Positions 1 to 9,760 are shown, counted from the stretch's first letter. The stretch is DNA of 64,000 bases from Methylotenera sp. (GCA_005777825.1 SXLB01000018.1:10550-74549), one strand, 5' to 3'. Numbers and translations: made by a program. Notes: generated from the letters alone by a model not told the origin.

Positions 1-2
1 AA

Positions 3-920
3 AAAGTATTGTCGTGGAAAGAAGCAGCCCAACACGTGCAATTACTTGACCCAACGCAAGCCGGTCAACAAGCCGGCTTGGCGCTGTCTCATCCTGCCTT
101 ATACTTTGCCAACGCGGCTTGGCTAAACCCGGTAACCCTATGCCGCGCATTAATCACGCATCCGAATATCAGCGTAAAAACATCAACAAATCCCAATAAG
201 ATATTGAAAAATAATGGCTTATTTGAAATTTACGCAGGCGAACTATGCCTAGAAAAAGCCGAAGCTGTTATATTAGCTAATGCCAATCAGGCCGAAGAGC
301 TAGGCATGGGCTTGCAGCTAAAAACGCTATCGGTACGCGGGCAACTTAGCCTGGTCAAAGCCAGCGAAGTCAGCTTGCCATTGCGCACCATTGTTTGCAG
401 TGACGGCTACTTAAGCCCAGCCAAGCAAGGCGTGCATACGCTAGGCGCCAGCTTTTCATCAGACCAGTCGCTCGCCATAGACGAATACGATCACCAGGCT
501 AATTTAAACAAATTAAACAGCTATTCCCCCGCATTACACGACAGCCTAAAAAACAGCGTGGTGGGCGGTCGGGTGTCGTTTCGATGCACCAGCGCCGATT
601 ACTTCCCTTTGCTGGGGGAATTATTAGATCATGCCACCATCCAGGCATCACCACCAAGGCCAAATGCCAACCCATCCTCCCTGCCCTGGACAAATGGACT
701 GTATGTCAATTTAGCCCACGGTAGCCGAGGGTTTACCAGCGCGCCCTATTGCGGCGAGATACTGGCCAGCTTAATGTGCCAAGAAAGCCCAGCAATTAAT
801 CCAGCCATGCTGAGCTTAATCAACCCCAATCGTTTCTTATTGCGTAAATTGGGTTTAAAAAAACTGGCTCGCAGCCTGCCTGCCGTCGCTGCAAGTGGCA
901 TAAAACCGACTTTAGGTTAA
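3..920 (+). CDS. mnmC: C-terminal part of bifunctional tRNA mnm5s2U34 biosynthesis protein MnmC (FAD-dependent oxidoreductase domain); 5'-truncated by window edge
   Basis: Frame is open to the window start; DAO-family motifs 'VRGQLS', 'DGYLSPA...HTLGASF', 'GRVSFRC...DYFPLLG', 'GLYVNLAHGSRGFTSAP' and 'NPNRF' are typical of the MnmC C-terminus. Confidence 0.85.
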   Translation, partial: KVLSWKEAAQHVQLLDPTQAGQQAGLALSHPALYFANAAWLNPVTLCRALITHPNISVKTSTNPNKILKNNGLFEIYAGELCLEKAEAVILANANQAEELGMGLQLKTLSVRGQLSLVKASEVSLPLRTIVCSDGYLSPAKQGVHTLGASFSSDQSLAIDEYDHQANLNKLNSYSPALHDSLKNSVVGGRVSFRCTSADYFPLLGELLDHATIQASPPRPNANPSSLPWTNGLYVNLAHGSRGFTSAPYCGEILASLMCQESPAINPAMLSLINPNRFLLRKLGLKKLARSLPAVAASGIKPTLG

Positions 921-929
921 AATTAAAGC

Positions 930-2870
930 ATGGCCAACCCCCTTTATGCGCAAGCCCTAACACTTTATCAAGCTGGTCAGCCGCAGGCCGCTGAAGCTAA
1001 GCTGCAAGCCTTGCTAAACCAGCAAGCTGATCACCACGACGCATTGCAGTTGCTGGCCATCCTATGCTACCAAAGCCAGCGCATAGTCGATGCCGCAGCT
1101 TGCTACCGCCGCTTGTTGCACAGCCACGGCCCTAACGATCAAAGCCGCTTAGCACTTGGTCATTGCTTATTGCTTGCTGGTAATCAGGCGCATGCAGAAG
1201 GCCAATACCGCCAAGCCGCAGCGTGTTTTAATGAAGCATTGAGCTCGCAGCCACAAGACGCCATGGACAAGGCGGCCCTGCACTACAATTTAGCCAATGC
1301 CAAACGCGAACTTGGACAACCGCAGGACGCCGCCCAGCATTACCAAGCAGCCCTGCAATTCGACCCCAATGATGCCGACACGCACAATAATCTAGGCAAC
1401 GTGCAGCGTGAGTTAGGCCAACTTGATTTAGCCATAGCGAGCTACCAACGCGCGCTCAGCCTTAACCCACAACTGCATCATGCCAAAGTGCACCTGGTGC
1501 ATCAAAAACAACATGTTTGCGATTGGCACGGCTTGCCTGAGCAGATTGCAGCAATACGCCATGCCTTAGCCACCGACCCGCGTGCGCAAATATCGCCCTT
1601 CGCCTTCTTAGCCATGCCAGGCACCACGCAAGCCGAACAATTACGCTGCGCGGATTTATGGGTGGCACAGCGCTTTGGCCGCTTGTTGGCGCAAAACGCG
1701 CCGTCCTCATTTAATTACCAACATGGTCATGACCGAGCTATTAAACGTAAATTAAAAATAGGCTATTTGTCCGCCGATTTTAGGTTGCATCCCTTAGCCT
1801 TTTTAGTCACCGAGCTGATCGAGCAGCACGATCGATCGGCTTATGAAATTCACGCTTACTCGTACGGTAAAAACGATCTATCCCCAGCCAGATTAAGGTT
1901 AGAAAAAGCCTTCGATCAGTTTCACGACATCCAAGCTTTATCCGAAACCGAGGCGGCTAAAAAAATTAACGGCCATGCCATAGACATACTGGTGGATTTA
2001 AGCGGCTACACGCAAACCAGCCGCAGCGGCATCGTCGCCTTAAAGCCGGCGATCATCCACGTCAATTGGTTAGGCTTTCCTGGCAGTATGGGCCATGCCA
2101 GCTTTGCAAACGGCCATAAACGCCCCTTATTTGACTACTTAATCAGCGACGCCTTCATCACCCCCGCCGCTAGCGCGCAAGATTACGCGGAAAAATTAGC
2201 CTTACTGCCCTGTTACCAAGCCAATGATAGCCAACGTCCATTGGCCGATGCGCCCACTAGAGCCAGTTGCCAGCTGCCAGAAGGCGCTTTTGTTTACTGC
2301 TGCTTCAACCAAACATTCAAGATCAGCGCCGAGGTGTTTGGCGTGTGGATGCGCTTATTAAAAACGCAAGCCCATAGCGTGCTGTGGTTGCTGGAATGCA
2401 ACCCATGGGCCAAACAAAACTTAATCAATGCGGCAATGGCGCAAGGCGTGTCAGCGGACAGATTGGTTTTTGCGCCGCGCTTGCCGATAGCCGAGCACCT
2501 GGCCAGGCACGTGCATGCCGATTTATTTTTAGACACCCTACCCTATAACGCCCATACTACTTGCAGCGATGCCTTATGGATGGGCTTGCCGGTGTTAAGC
2601 TGCGTAGGCAACACCTTTTCCGCCCGCGTGGCCGGCAGTTTGTTGACAGCACTGGGCTTAAAAGAAATGGTCACGGACAACTTGGCCGACTACGAAAGCC
2701 GCGCAAGCTATTACACGACCAATCCTGAGGCTTTATTGGCGATAAAACAGCGCCTACAAAAGCAGCGAACCACGAGCGCATTATTTAATCCGACCGACTT
2801 TGCTCGTGGCCTAGAGCAGCAATACCAAAATATGTGGCAGGATGGAACGGGGGCAGTTAAGCCGATTTAG
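930..2870 (+). CDS. TPR-repeat O-GlcNAc transferase-like protein (SPINDLY/GT41 family)
   Basis: N-terminal TPRs (e.g. 'HNNLGNVQRELGQLDLAIASYQRAL'); GT41 motifs 'KIGYLSADFRLHP', 'IDILVDLSGYT', 'NWLGFPGS', 'CFNQTFKIS', 'DLFLDTLPYNAHTTCSDALWMGLPV'. Confidence 0.88.
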   Translation: MANPLYAQALTLYQAGQPQAAEAKLQALLNQQADHHDALQLLAILCYQSQRIVDAAACYRRLLHSHGPNDQSRLALGHCLLLAGNQAHAEGQYRQAAACFNEALSSQPQDAMDKAALHYNLANAKRELGQPQDAAQHYQAALQFDPNDADTHNNLGNVQRELGQLDLAIASYQRALSLNPQLHHAKVHLVHQKQHVCDWHGLPEQIAAIRHALATDPRAQISPFAFLAMPGTTQAEQLRCADLWVAQRFGRLLAQNAPSSFNYQHGHDRAIKRKLKIGYLSADFRLHPLAFLVTELIEQHDRSAYEIHAYSYGKNDLSPARLRLEKAFDQFHDIQALSETEAAKKINGHAIDILVDLSGYTQTSRSGIVALKPAIIHVNWLGFPGSMGHASFANGHKRPLFDYLISDAFITPAASAQDYAEKLALLPCYQANDSQRPLADAPTRASCQLPEGAFVYCCFNQTFKISAEVFGVWMRLLKTQAHSVLWLLECNPWAKQNLINAAMAQGVSADRLVFAPRLPIAEHLARHVHADLFLDTLPYNAHTTCSDALWMGLPVLSCVGNTFSARVAGSLLTALGLKEMVTDNLADYESRASYYTTNPEALLAIKQRLQKQRTTSALFNPTDFARGLEQQYQNMWQDGTGAVKPI

Positions 2871-3756
2871 CCGCAAACAGCGCAGCCAGGACGATCAAGC
2901 TGCCGCCCAGCCATTCATTGAGCGCCATGCTCTCGTTAGCCAAATAATAGGAGGCGATGGCGGCCACCACCAACTCAAACAAAAACACCACCGATGCACG
3001 GGTCGCCGGCAACCTAGTGACACCGTATTGCACCAACACGGTCGCCGCCAAGAGCAATATCGCTATCAGCCCCATCACCACCCATTGACTGCAACTAAAA
3101 AAGTACGGGCTAGGCCATGCTGCGGCGCTAAACGGGATAAACAGCAAACTGACCAGCAACACCCCCAACCACACTGCGAACGATTTAGCCTGCAAACTCA
3201 AGCCGCGGGCCTGGCGCGTCAGCACATTGGTTAAGGAAAAGCCTATACCGGATGACAAGGCTAACCATTCGGATTGGGTTCTAGGCAAGGGCCAGGGACT
3301 GAGCGCGGGATCATAGAGCATAATAAAAGCACCCAGTAAGGAGATGACGATGGCTAGGTAGCCGCTTTTAGGGGTCTTTTCTTTCAAATAAAAGTGCGCC
3401 AATATCAAGGTCCACAAAGGCGACAAATAAAACAGCAGCATCACGCGCATGACCTCGCCATCTATTACCGCCAACACGTAAGCCAGATTGGTCCAACCGG
3501 CTACCAATGCCAGGTAAACGATGCTAAAAGGCTGCTTGAATAGACCGCGCCAATGTTTAGCAAAATACAGGCTGGCCAACAACACGGTGATGCCGTAGGT
3601 GTAAAAGCTGGAGGCCACGCCCGATACCCCCATGTCAGCCATGAGCCGATACGGGTACCAAATAATGCCCCAGCACACGGCGCCAAATAGCAATCCGGAT
3701 ACGGCTAGGTACTGTCTATTTTGGGCGGGCTGCGCTGTTTGCTGATGGCTGGACAT
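2857..3756 (-). CDS. DMT/EamA family transporter
   Basis: About 10 hydrophobic helices in two EamA-like repeats ('LLFYLSPLWT...LKEK', 'FLFELVVAA...LANE'); start uncertain (3756-3786). Confidence 0.85.
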   Translation of the reverse strand: MSSHQQTAQPAQNRQYLAVSGLLFGAVCWGIIWYPYRLMADMGVSGVASSFYTYGITVLLASLYFAKHWRGLFKQPFSIVYLALVAGWTNLAYVLAVIDGEVMRVMLLFYLSPLWTLILAHFYLKEKTPKSGYLAIVISLLGAFIMLYDPALSPWPLPRTQSEWLALSSGIGFSLTNVLTRQARGLSLQAKSFAVWLGVLLVSLLFIPFSAAAWPSPYFFSCSQWVVMGLIAILLLAATVLVQYGVTRLPATRASVVFLFELVVAAIASYYLANESMALNEWLGGSLIVLAALFAAKSA

Positions 3757-3852
3757 GGCTTCTTTCTTCATAAGTTGCAGTGGCACTCGATGCTAACAGC
3801 AATGCGTGCTAAGGGCTATGGAATGTCTGCCACGTATATTACAATATCGGCC

Positions 3853-5058
3853 ATGAATGCCAACCTAAACTTACTGCAAGCCTACCCTTTTCAGCGTCTA
3901 CGCGATTTATTCAAGGGCACCACAGCCAATCCCGCCTACACCCCGATTAATTTATCCATAGGCGAGCCCAAGCACGCTACGCCGCCTTTGATTGAACAGG
4001 CTTTGGTGGACAATTTGGCCGGCTTGGCCACTTACCCGACGACATTGGGTAGCCCTGCCCTGCGTGAGACCATAGCCAACTGGTTAAGTCGTCGTTACGG
4101 CATCCCCGCGCTTAACCCTGAAACGCAGATACTGCCTGTGACCGGCAGCCGCGAAGCCTTGTTTGCTTTCGCGCAAGTCATCATAGACTGCAGCAGCGCC
4201 ATCAAGCCGGTGGTGATGTCCCCCAATCCGTTTTATCAAATATACGAAGGCGCGGCTTTCTTAGCCGGCGCCGAACCCTACTTTTTAAATACTTTGCCGG
4301 AAAATCAGCATGCCATGGACTTTGCCAGCGTGCCCAAGGAGGTATTGAAACGCACACAACTGGTCTACGTATGCAGCCCTGGCAACCCATCCGGCAAGGT
4401 GATGACCTTGGCACAATGGCAAACGGTGTTTGATTTATCCGATCAGTACGGCTTCGTCATTGCCGCCGACGAATGCTACTCGGAGATCTATTTTGACGAA
4501 AGTAAGCCGCCCTTAGGCGCCTTGCAAGCTGCACGGTTACTCAATCGTGATTACAAAAATCTAGTGGTGTTCAGCTCTTTATCCAAGCGCTCCAATGTAC
4601 CTGGGATGCGTTCCGGTTTTGTTGCGGGGGATGCCGCCATCATAGAAAAATTTACGCTGTACCGCACCTACCATGGTTGCGCCATGAATCCTGCCGTGCA
4701 GGCCGCCAGCATGGCAGCGTGGAACGACGAGTTGCACGTCATTGAAAACCGCCGTCTGTATGCTGAAAAGTTTGCAGCGGTAACGCCCTTATTAAGCGAG
4801 GTATTGGAGGCAAGTTTGCCCGATGCGGCTTTTTACTTGTGGTGCAAGATTAAACCTCAATCAGGCAAAGCCATTAGCGACAGTGAATTTGCCCTAAGCT
4901 TATACCGTGATTTTAATGTGACGGTGTTGCCTGGCAGTTACCTAGCCAGACAAGCGCACGGCATTAATCCGGGAGAGCATTTTGTCCGATTGGCCTTGGT
5001 GGCGAGTTTGGATGAATGCTTAGAAGCAGCCAAGCGCATCAAGCTGGCCTGCGCGTAA
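3853..5058 (+). CDS. dapC: Succinyldiaminopimelate transaminase (class I/II PLP aminotransferase)
   Basis: 'LQAYPFQRL', 'INLSIGEPKH', 'GSREALFA', 'DECYSEIY', PLP lysine motif 'SLSKRSNVPGMRSGF'; start trimmed to ATG 3853. Confidence 0.9.
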   Translation: MNANLNLLQAYPFQRLRDLFKGTTANPAYTPINLSIGEPKHATPPLIEQALVDNLAGLATYPTTLGSPALRETIANWLSRRYGIPALNPETQILPVTGSREALFAFAQVIIDCSSAIKPVVMSPNPFYQIYEGAAFLAGAEPYFLNTLPENQHAMDFASVPKEVLKRTQLVYVCSPGNPSGKVMTLAQWQTVFDLSDQYGFVIAADECYSEIYFDESKPPLGALQAARLLNRDYKNLVVFSSLSKRSNVPGMRSGFVAGDAAIIEKFTLYRTYHGCAMNPAVQAASMAAWNDELHVIENRRLYAEKFAAVTPLLSEVLEASLPDAAFYLWCKIKPQSGKAISDSEFALSLYRDFNVTVLPGSYLARQAHGINPGEHFVRLALVASLDECLEAAKRIKLACA

Positions 5059-5071
5059 TTAACAAACTACA

Positions 5072-6016
5072 TTAACTATTGTTTTTAATAACCTGATTAA
5101 CTTCATTAAAAACCAATTCATTTGCATTGCTTTGCAAGCAATCCAAGGCCCGCACCTGCGGCATGCTACGCAACCAAGTGAGCTGCCTCTTAGCCAATTG
5201 GCGGGTCGCGAAAATCCCGCGATCACGCAGTTCTTCCAAGCCAATTTCACCGGCTAAATAGTGCAAGGCCTGGCGGTAGCCAACGCAGCGCATGGCAGTC
5301 GATTCGGCCGTTAATGCCGGGTATTTAATCAACAATCTCCGCACCTCATCCACCAAGCCTGCCGCCAGCATCTGCTCGAAACGCATGGCGATGCGCGCAT
5401 GCAGCTGCTGACGATCACTGGGCAATAAGGCTATTTTCAAAACCTGGTATGGCAGTACCTGGCTGCTTTGCTCCGCGATCAATTCAGACAGGCGACGGCC
5501 GCTAATGGCATGCACCTCTAATGCACGCTGTATGCGTTGACTGTCATTGGGCGCCAAGCGCGCAGCCGTTAGCGCGTCCACGCTGGCTAGTTTTGCATGC
5601 ATGGCCGGCCAACCTATGGCCGCCGCTTCCTCATCCAAGCGCATGCGCACTTGCGCATCCGCCTCCGGCAAGCCACCCATGCCCTGCTCCAGCGCTTTGA
5701 AATACAGCATGGTGCCGCCGACCAACAAAGGGATACGCCCGCGCGCGCTGATGTCAGCCATTAAGTCCAAAGCGTCTTGACGAAAGTTAGCGGCGGAATA
5801 AGCCTGTGTAGGCGGAATCAGATTAATTAGATGGTGCGGCGCCTGTTGCAAGGTGGCTGCATCCGGCTTGGCCGTGCCTATGTCCATGTCACGGTAGACC
5901 AAGGCCGAATCAACACTGATGATCTCCACTGGCAAGGCAGCGGCTAAGGCCACCGCGGCACCGGTCTTGCCGCTGGCGGTTGGGCCCATTAAGAATATGG
6001 CTGGAGCTGGCGTCAT
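5072..6016 (-). CDS. miaA: tRNA dimethylallyltransferase
   Basis: 'GPTASGKT', '[18 protein letters not shown]', 'VGGTMLY', '[11 protein letters not shown]'; follows mutL. Confidence 0.97.
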   Translation of the reverse strand: MTPAPAIFLMGPTASGKTGAAVALAAALPVEIISVDSALVYRDMDIGTAKPDAATLQQAPHHLINLIPPTQAYSAANFRQDALDLMADISARGRIPLLVGGTMLYFKALEQGMGGLPEADAQVRMRLDEEAAAIGWPAMHAKLASVDALTAARLAPNDSQRIQRALEVHAISGRRLSELIAEQSSQVLPYQVLKIALLPSDRQQLHARIAMRFEQMLAAGLVDEVRRLLIKYPALTAESTAMRCVGYRQALHYLAGEIGLEELRDRGIFATRQLAKRQLTWLRSMPQVRALDCLQSNANELVFNEVNQVIKNNS

Positions 6017-6022
6017 CTCGGC

Positions 6023-7840
6023 CTATTTACCGCGCATGAACATTTTATCCAAATCGGCTATGCCAACTTGAAACCAGGTTGGTCGTCCGTGATTGCATAA
6101 ACCACTGCGTTCGGTCGCCTCCATGTCGCGCAACAAGGCATTCATTTCCGTTAGGCTTAGGCTGCGATTAGCTCGCACCGCTGCATGGCAGGCCATGGTG
6201 CCTAACAACTCATTGCGGCGTTCGGTTAATGCACGGCTGGCACCGAACTCGCGCAGATCGCGTAAGACATCCCTGGCCAGACTGACGGCATCGGCATTTT
6301 GCAGCATGCTAGGCACGGCCCGCACCACCAAGGTGGTGGGTGACAACACCGCTAAATCGAAGCCCAATTGCTGCAACTCGCCATCCTGGCTAGCCAAGGC
6401 TTCTTGTACGGTCGCCACCTCCAATTTATCGGCGCTAAAACTGACTGGAATTAGCAAAGGCTGCATGGCCACGGCCTGCTGATCCAATGCGTTTTTTAGC
6501 CGCTCGTACATAATGCGCTCGTGCGCCGCGTGCATGTCCACCACCACCAAACCCAAGGCATTTTGCGCCAAGACATAAATGCCGTGAATTTGCGCGACGG
6601 CAAACCCCAGTGGGTGCGCATCGTGTGCTATCTCATCTGTGGCAGCATCGCCAGCATGCTCGTCCCTATTGGCTTGCAGGGCAGCACTTGCGCTACTGAT
6701 TGGCTGTTCTTTGGCGCCAAATAAACGCCCATAAAAATCCGGTGTTTGCTGCAGGCTTAAATCTATTTGCGTTTGCTCAATCGGATACGGTCTAGCGCTG
6801 GCAGCCGAAAATGGGTTGTATGCAGCTTGGGTAGCGCTCGCCGCATTGGACACGCCGGTTGGGCTGGCCAGGGCTTTGTGTAAGGCGTGAAAAATAAAAC
6901 GGTGCAGCGCTTGGCTATCTCTAAAACGCACCTCGGTTTTACTTGGGTGCACATTGACGTCAACCAAACTGGAGTCCAACTCGATAAACAAGACAAATGC
7001 CGGGTGCCTATCGTGGTGCAACACGTCTTGGTAAGCTTGGCGTATGGCGTGGCTAATGAGTTTATCACGTACAAAGCGGCCGTTGACGTAGACGTATTGG
7101 CAATCGCTTTTATGCCGATTAAACGTTGGTTTAGCCGTAACGCCCCATAGGCGTAGGCCCGCTGCCGATTCATCAATGGCAATCGATTCTGCACTAAAAG
7201 CGGCACCTAAAATATCGCCAAAACGCTTAGTCGGTTCGCTCGCCGGATAGCGGCATAAGGCCCTGCCGTTATGCTGCAACATAAAACTCACGTCCGGGCG
7301 CGATAGCGCAATGCGATTAAAAGCGGCTTCGCAATGCGCAAACTCGGTGCCCTCGGTTTTTAAAAACTTACGGCGCGCCGGTGTATTGAAATACAAATCG
7401 TTTACTTCTATCACCGTGCCAGCGTCTAGGGCGGCCGGTGCTATGGGTGAAATTTGGCTGCCATCCGATTGGATGCGCCAAGCATGGCCCGCATAGGCAC
7501 GGCGGCTGACAATGTGCGTGCGGGATACCGAGGCGATGCTGGCTAAGGCTTCGCCGCGGAAACCCAAACTGGCGACCGCTTCCAAATCGTCTAGACTGGC
7601 AATCTTGCTGGTGGCGTGACGGGTCAAGGCCATGGCCAAGTCGTCTTCGGCTATGCCCAAGCCATTGTCCATGATGCGCATTTGCTTGACGCCGCCCTCT
7701 AACAAGGCCACTTGAATATCGTTGCTGGCTGCATCCAAGCTGTTCTCTAGCAATTCCTTTAAAGCCGAGGCGGGCCGCTCCACCACTTCGCCAGCGGCGA
7801 TTTGGCTAATCAATTGATCGGGTAACAGGCGAATGCGCAT
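6023..7840 (-). CDS. mutL: DNA mismatch repair endonuclease MutL
   Basis: 'QIAAGEVVERPAS..KELLENSLDA', 'GFRGEAL', endonuclease motifs 'DMHAAHERIMYE' and 'CNHGRP'. Confidence 0.98.
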   Translation of the reverse strand: MRIRLLPDQLISQIAAGEVVERPASALKELLENSLDAASNDIQVALLEGGVKQMRIMDNGLGIAEDDLAMALTRHATSKIASLDDLEAVASLGFRGEALASIASVSRTHIVSRRAYAGHAWRIQSDGSQISPIAPAALDAGTVIEVNDLYFNTPARRKFLKTEGTEFAHCEAAFNRIALSRPDVSFMLQHNGRALCRYPASEPTKRFGDILGAAFSAESIAIDESAAGLRLWGVTAKPTFNRHKSDCQYVYVNGRFVRDKLISHAIRQAYQDVLHHDRHPAFVLFIELDSSLVDVNVHPSKTEVRFRDSQALHRFIFHALHKALASPTGVSNAASATQAAYNPFSAASARPYPIEQTQIDLSLQQTPDFYGRLFGAKEQPISSASAALQANRDEHAGDAATDEIAHDAHPLGFAVAQIHGIYVLAQNALGLVVVDMHAAHERIMYERLKNALDQQAVAMQPLLIPVSFSADKLEVATVQEALASQDGELQQLGFDLAVLSPTTLVVRAVPSMLQNADAVSLARDVLRDLREFGASRALTERRNELLGTMACHAAVRANRSLSLTEMNALLRDMEATERSGLCNHGRPTWFQVGIADLDKMFMRGK

Positions 7841-7940
7841 AGTGGTGGCTATTTTACCTTTTTTAAGGCAATTTCTTGAGCGCCTCCACGCATTAAATCC
7901 ACGCTGCTAAAAATAATCCGTAAAAACGGCTTGGCAAAGC

Positions 7941-7967
7941 CAAGTACAAGTACAAGTACAAGTACAA
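7941..7967. repeat. Hexanucleotide tandem repeat (CAAGTA)4.5
   Basis: caagta-caagta-caagta-caagta-caa read directly at 7941-7967. Confidence 0.95.
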
Positions 7968-7972
7968 AAAAA

Positions 7973-8026
7973 TTATATTGCCCATATTTTTTATATTGAC
8001 TATGTTTTTTATATTGACATATATCA
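7973..8026. repeat. Three imperfect 18-bp direct repeats (core TTATATTG), candidate operator array
   Basis: TTATATTG starts at 7973, 7991 and 8009: ttatattgcccatatttt / ttatattgactatgtttt / ttatattgacatatatca. Confidence 0.8.
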
Positions 8027-8042
8027 TCCGGCTGTAAATAAT
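8014..8042 (+). promoter_or_regulatory. Putative sigma70 promoter for the LuxR-family gene
   Basis: TTGACA (8014-8019), 17-nt spacer, AATAAT (8037-8042); AAGGGG SD-like sequence before ATG 8064. Confidence 0.6.
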
Positions 8043-8063
8043 ACCGATTAATAAGGGGTAAAA

Positions 8064-8387
8064 ATGACAACAAAGGCCGGCAACACGCTTTTTAACATCG
8101 TCTCATCGTTGGAAATGGATCAAACCAAATTGGTGCATATTTACAGCGAACGATTAAGTCTATTAACGAAAAAACAAAGAGTGATCTTTGATTTACTTAG
8201 TCACGGCATGTTAGTCAAAGACATCGCCAAGCATTTAGATTTGGCCGAGATCACCGTCAAGGTGGTCAAGGCAAGGGTCATGAAGTTGCTGGATATCAGC
8301 AGTTTGCAAGAATTGGCTGTCATCGGCAAATGCTGCGCCTGCCCCTACGTCAAACCGTTTATTCAAATGCAATCCCAAGAAAACTAA
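8064..8387 (+). CDS. Small LuxR/FixJ-type helix-turn-helix regulator with no receiver domain and a C-terminal CCxC motif
   Basis: 'LTKKQRVIFDLLSHGMLVKDIAKHLDLAEITVKVVKARVMKLL' matches a LuxR/FixJ HTH; SD present. Confidence 0.8.
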   Translation: MTTKAGNTLFNIVSSLEMDQTKLVHIYSERLSLLTKKQRVIFDLLSHGMLVKDIAKHLDLAEITVKVVKARVMKLLDISSLQELAVIGKCCACPYVKPFIQMQSQEN

Positions 8388-9760
8388 TCTAGGCTAACCG
8401 TTTCCAAATAATCGGGCACGGTCACCGACCAATGCAATTGCTCTTCTAGGTGCAAACGCATGGCATCGGCAGCAACCGGTTCGCCATGGGTGATAAAGGT
8501 CCTCTTCGGTGGCGTGCTAAACCCGCTTAACCAAGTCAAAATCTCCGCGTAATCGGCGTGTGCCGATAAATTGCTAATCAAGGCAACCTTGGCTAAAACT
8601 GGCACGTACTCGCCGTGTATTTTGATGCTCTGCGCCCCGTCCAGCATGGCCGCGCCGCGCGTGCCAGCCGCCTGAAAGCCAACAAATAAAATCGTGTTAT
8701 TGGCATGCGGCGCAAACGCTTTTAAATGGTGTACCACGCGCCCACCGGTGGCCATGCCGCTGGCTGACAATATAATCATGGGGCCATGCATTAAATTAAG
8801 GCGCTTGGACTCTTCCACCCCGTTCACCATGTGCGCAACCCGGCATAAGGCATGACTTTGCTCAGCGCTTAATCGATGTTCATCGCTAAAGTGATTGAAT
8901 ATGGCCGTGGCATCGACCGCCATCGGGCTATTTAGATAAACCGGCAGGTCTTTAGGAATGCTCCCAGCCGCTTTGAGCAAATGGATGTAATAAAGCAATT
9001 CTTGCGCGCGACCAACGGCAAAAACCGGTATCAACACCACGCCTTTTTGCTTAACGGTTTGGTTGATGATCTCGGCTAACTGAATTTGCGGATCACTGCG
9101 TTCGTGCAAGCGATTACCGTAGGTCGACTCCAATACCAAATAATCCGCTTGCTTGATGGTCGCTGGCGCTTTCATCAGAATATCGTGCGGCCTACCTATG
9201 TCGCCGGAAAACAAAATAGAGGTTTTTTTACTGTGTATGCGCACGAAAGCCGAACCCAAAATATGGCCGCTGGGCGCCAGGCGTAGTGTTAAGCCAGCGC
9301 CTAAATCCTGGTCTTTGTCGTAGGTAATCGGCACCAACAAGGCCAAGGCATTTTGCGCGTCTTCGGTGCTATACAAAGGCAGTGCCGGGTTGTGTTTCGA
9401 AAAACCGCTTTTGTTGGCATAGCGCGCTTCTTCTTCCTGCAAATGCGCCGAATCCAACAACAAGACTTCGCACAAATCCCGCGTCGCGGGCGTGCAATAC
9501 ACCTTGCCAGAAAAGCCATGTTTAACCAACAAGGGCAAGTAGCCGCTGTGGTCAATGTGGGCATGGGTCAACACCACCGCATCGATGGTTCTAGGGTCTA
9601 TGGGCAAATCGGCCCAGTTCCTTAAACGCAATTGCTTGAGACCTTGAAACAGGCCGCAATCTATCAAAATTCGCTTAGCGGAACCGTCTGCCGCTTGATG
9701 GCTGAGCAAGTATTTCGATCCGGTGACGGTGCCGGTTGCACCTAAAAAACGTAATTGCAT
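8384..9760 (-). CDS. MBL-fold beta-CASP ribonuclease-like metallo-hydrolase (COG1236-like)
   Basis: 'FLGATGTVTGS', 'THAHIDHSG', 'GHILGSA', 'FSGDIG', 'ESTYG', 'FAVGRAQE', 'SASGM', 'SAHAD', 'HGE'. Confidence 0.92.
   Translation of the reverse strand: MQLRFLGATGTVTGSKYLLSHQAADGSAKRILIDCGLFQGLKQLRLRNWADLPIDPRTIDAVVLTHAHIDHSGYLPLLVKHGFSGKVYCTPATRDLCEVLLLDSAHLQEEEARYANKSGFSKHNPALPLYSTEDAQNALALLVPITYDKDQDLGAGLTLRLAPSGHILGSAFVRIHSKKTSILFSGDIGRPHDILMKAPATIKQADYLVLESTYGNRLHERSDPQIQLAEIINQTVKQKGVVLIPVFAVGRAQELLYYIHLLKAAGSIPKDLPVYLNSPMAVDATAIFNHFSDEHRLSAEQSHALCRVAHMVNGVEESKRLNLMHGPMIILSASGMATGGRVVHHLKAFAPHANNTILFVGFQAAGTRGAAMLDGAQSIKIHGEYVPVLAKVALISNLSAHADYAEILTWLSGFSTPPKRTFITHGEPVAADAMRLHLEEQLHWSVTVPDYLETVSLD

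Noticed and set aside
3721-3852. Long head-to-head overlaps implied by the ORF track (dapC/DMT; also queG/tsaE, glgA/crcB, gloB/yafS)
   Set aside because: Artefacts of choosing the most upstream start; family alignment points to downstream starts
7941-8026. Possible mini-CRISPR or iteron array
   Set aside because: Repeats are too short and contiguous, with no unique spacers and no cas or rep genes
7849-8073. 74-aa minus-strand ORF with VLVLVL and QYKK repeats upstream of mutL
   Set aside because: The repeats simply translate the CAAGTA and 18-bp DNA repeats; it overlaps the LuxR promoter and has no SD
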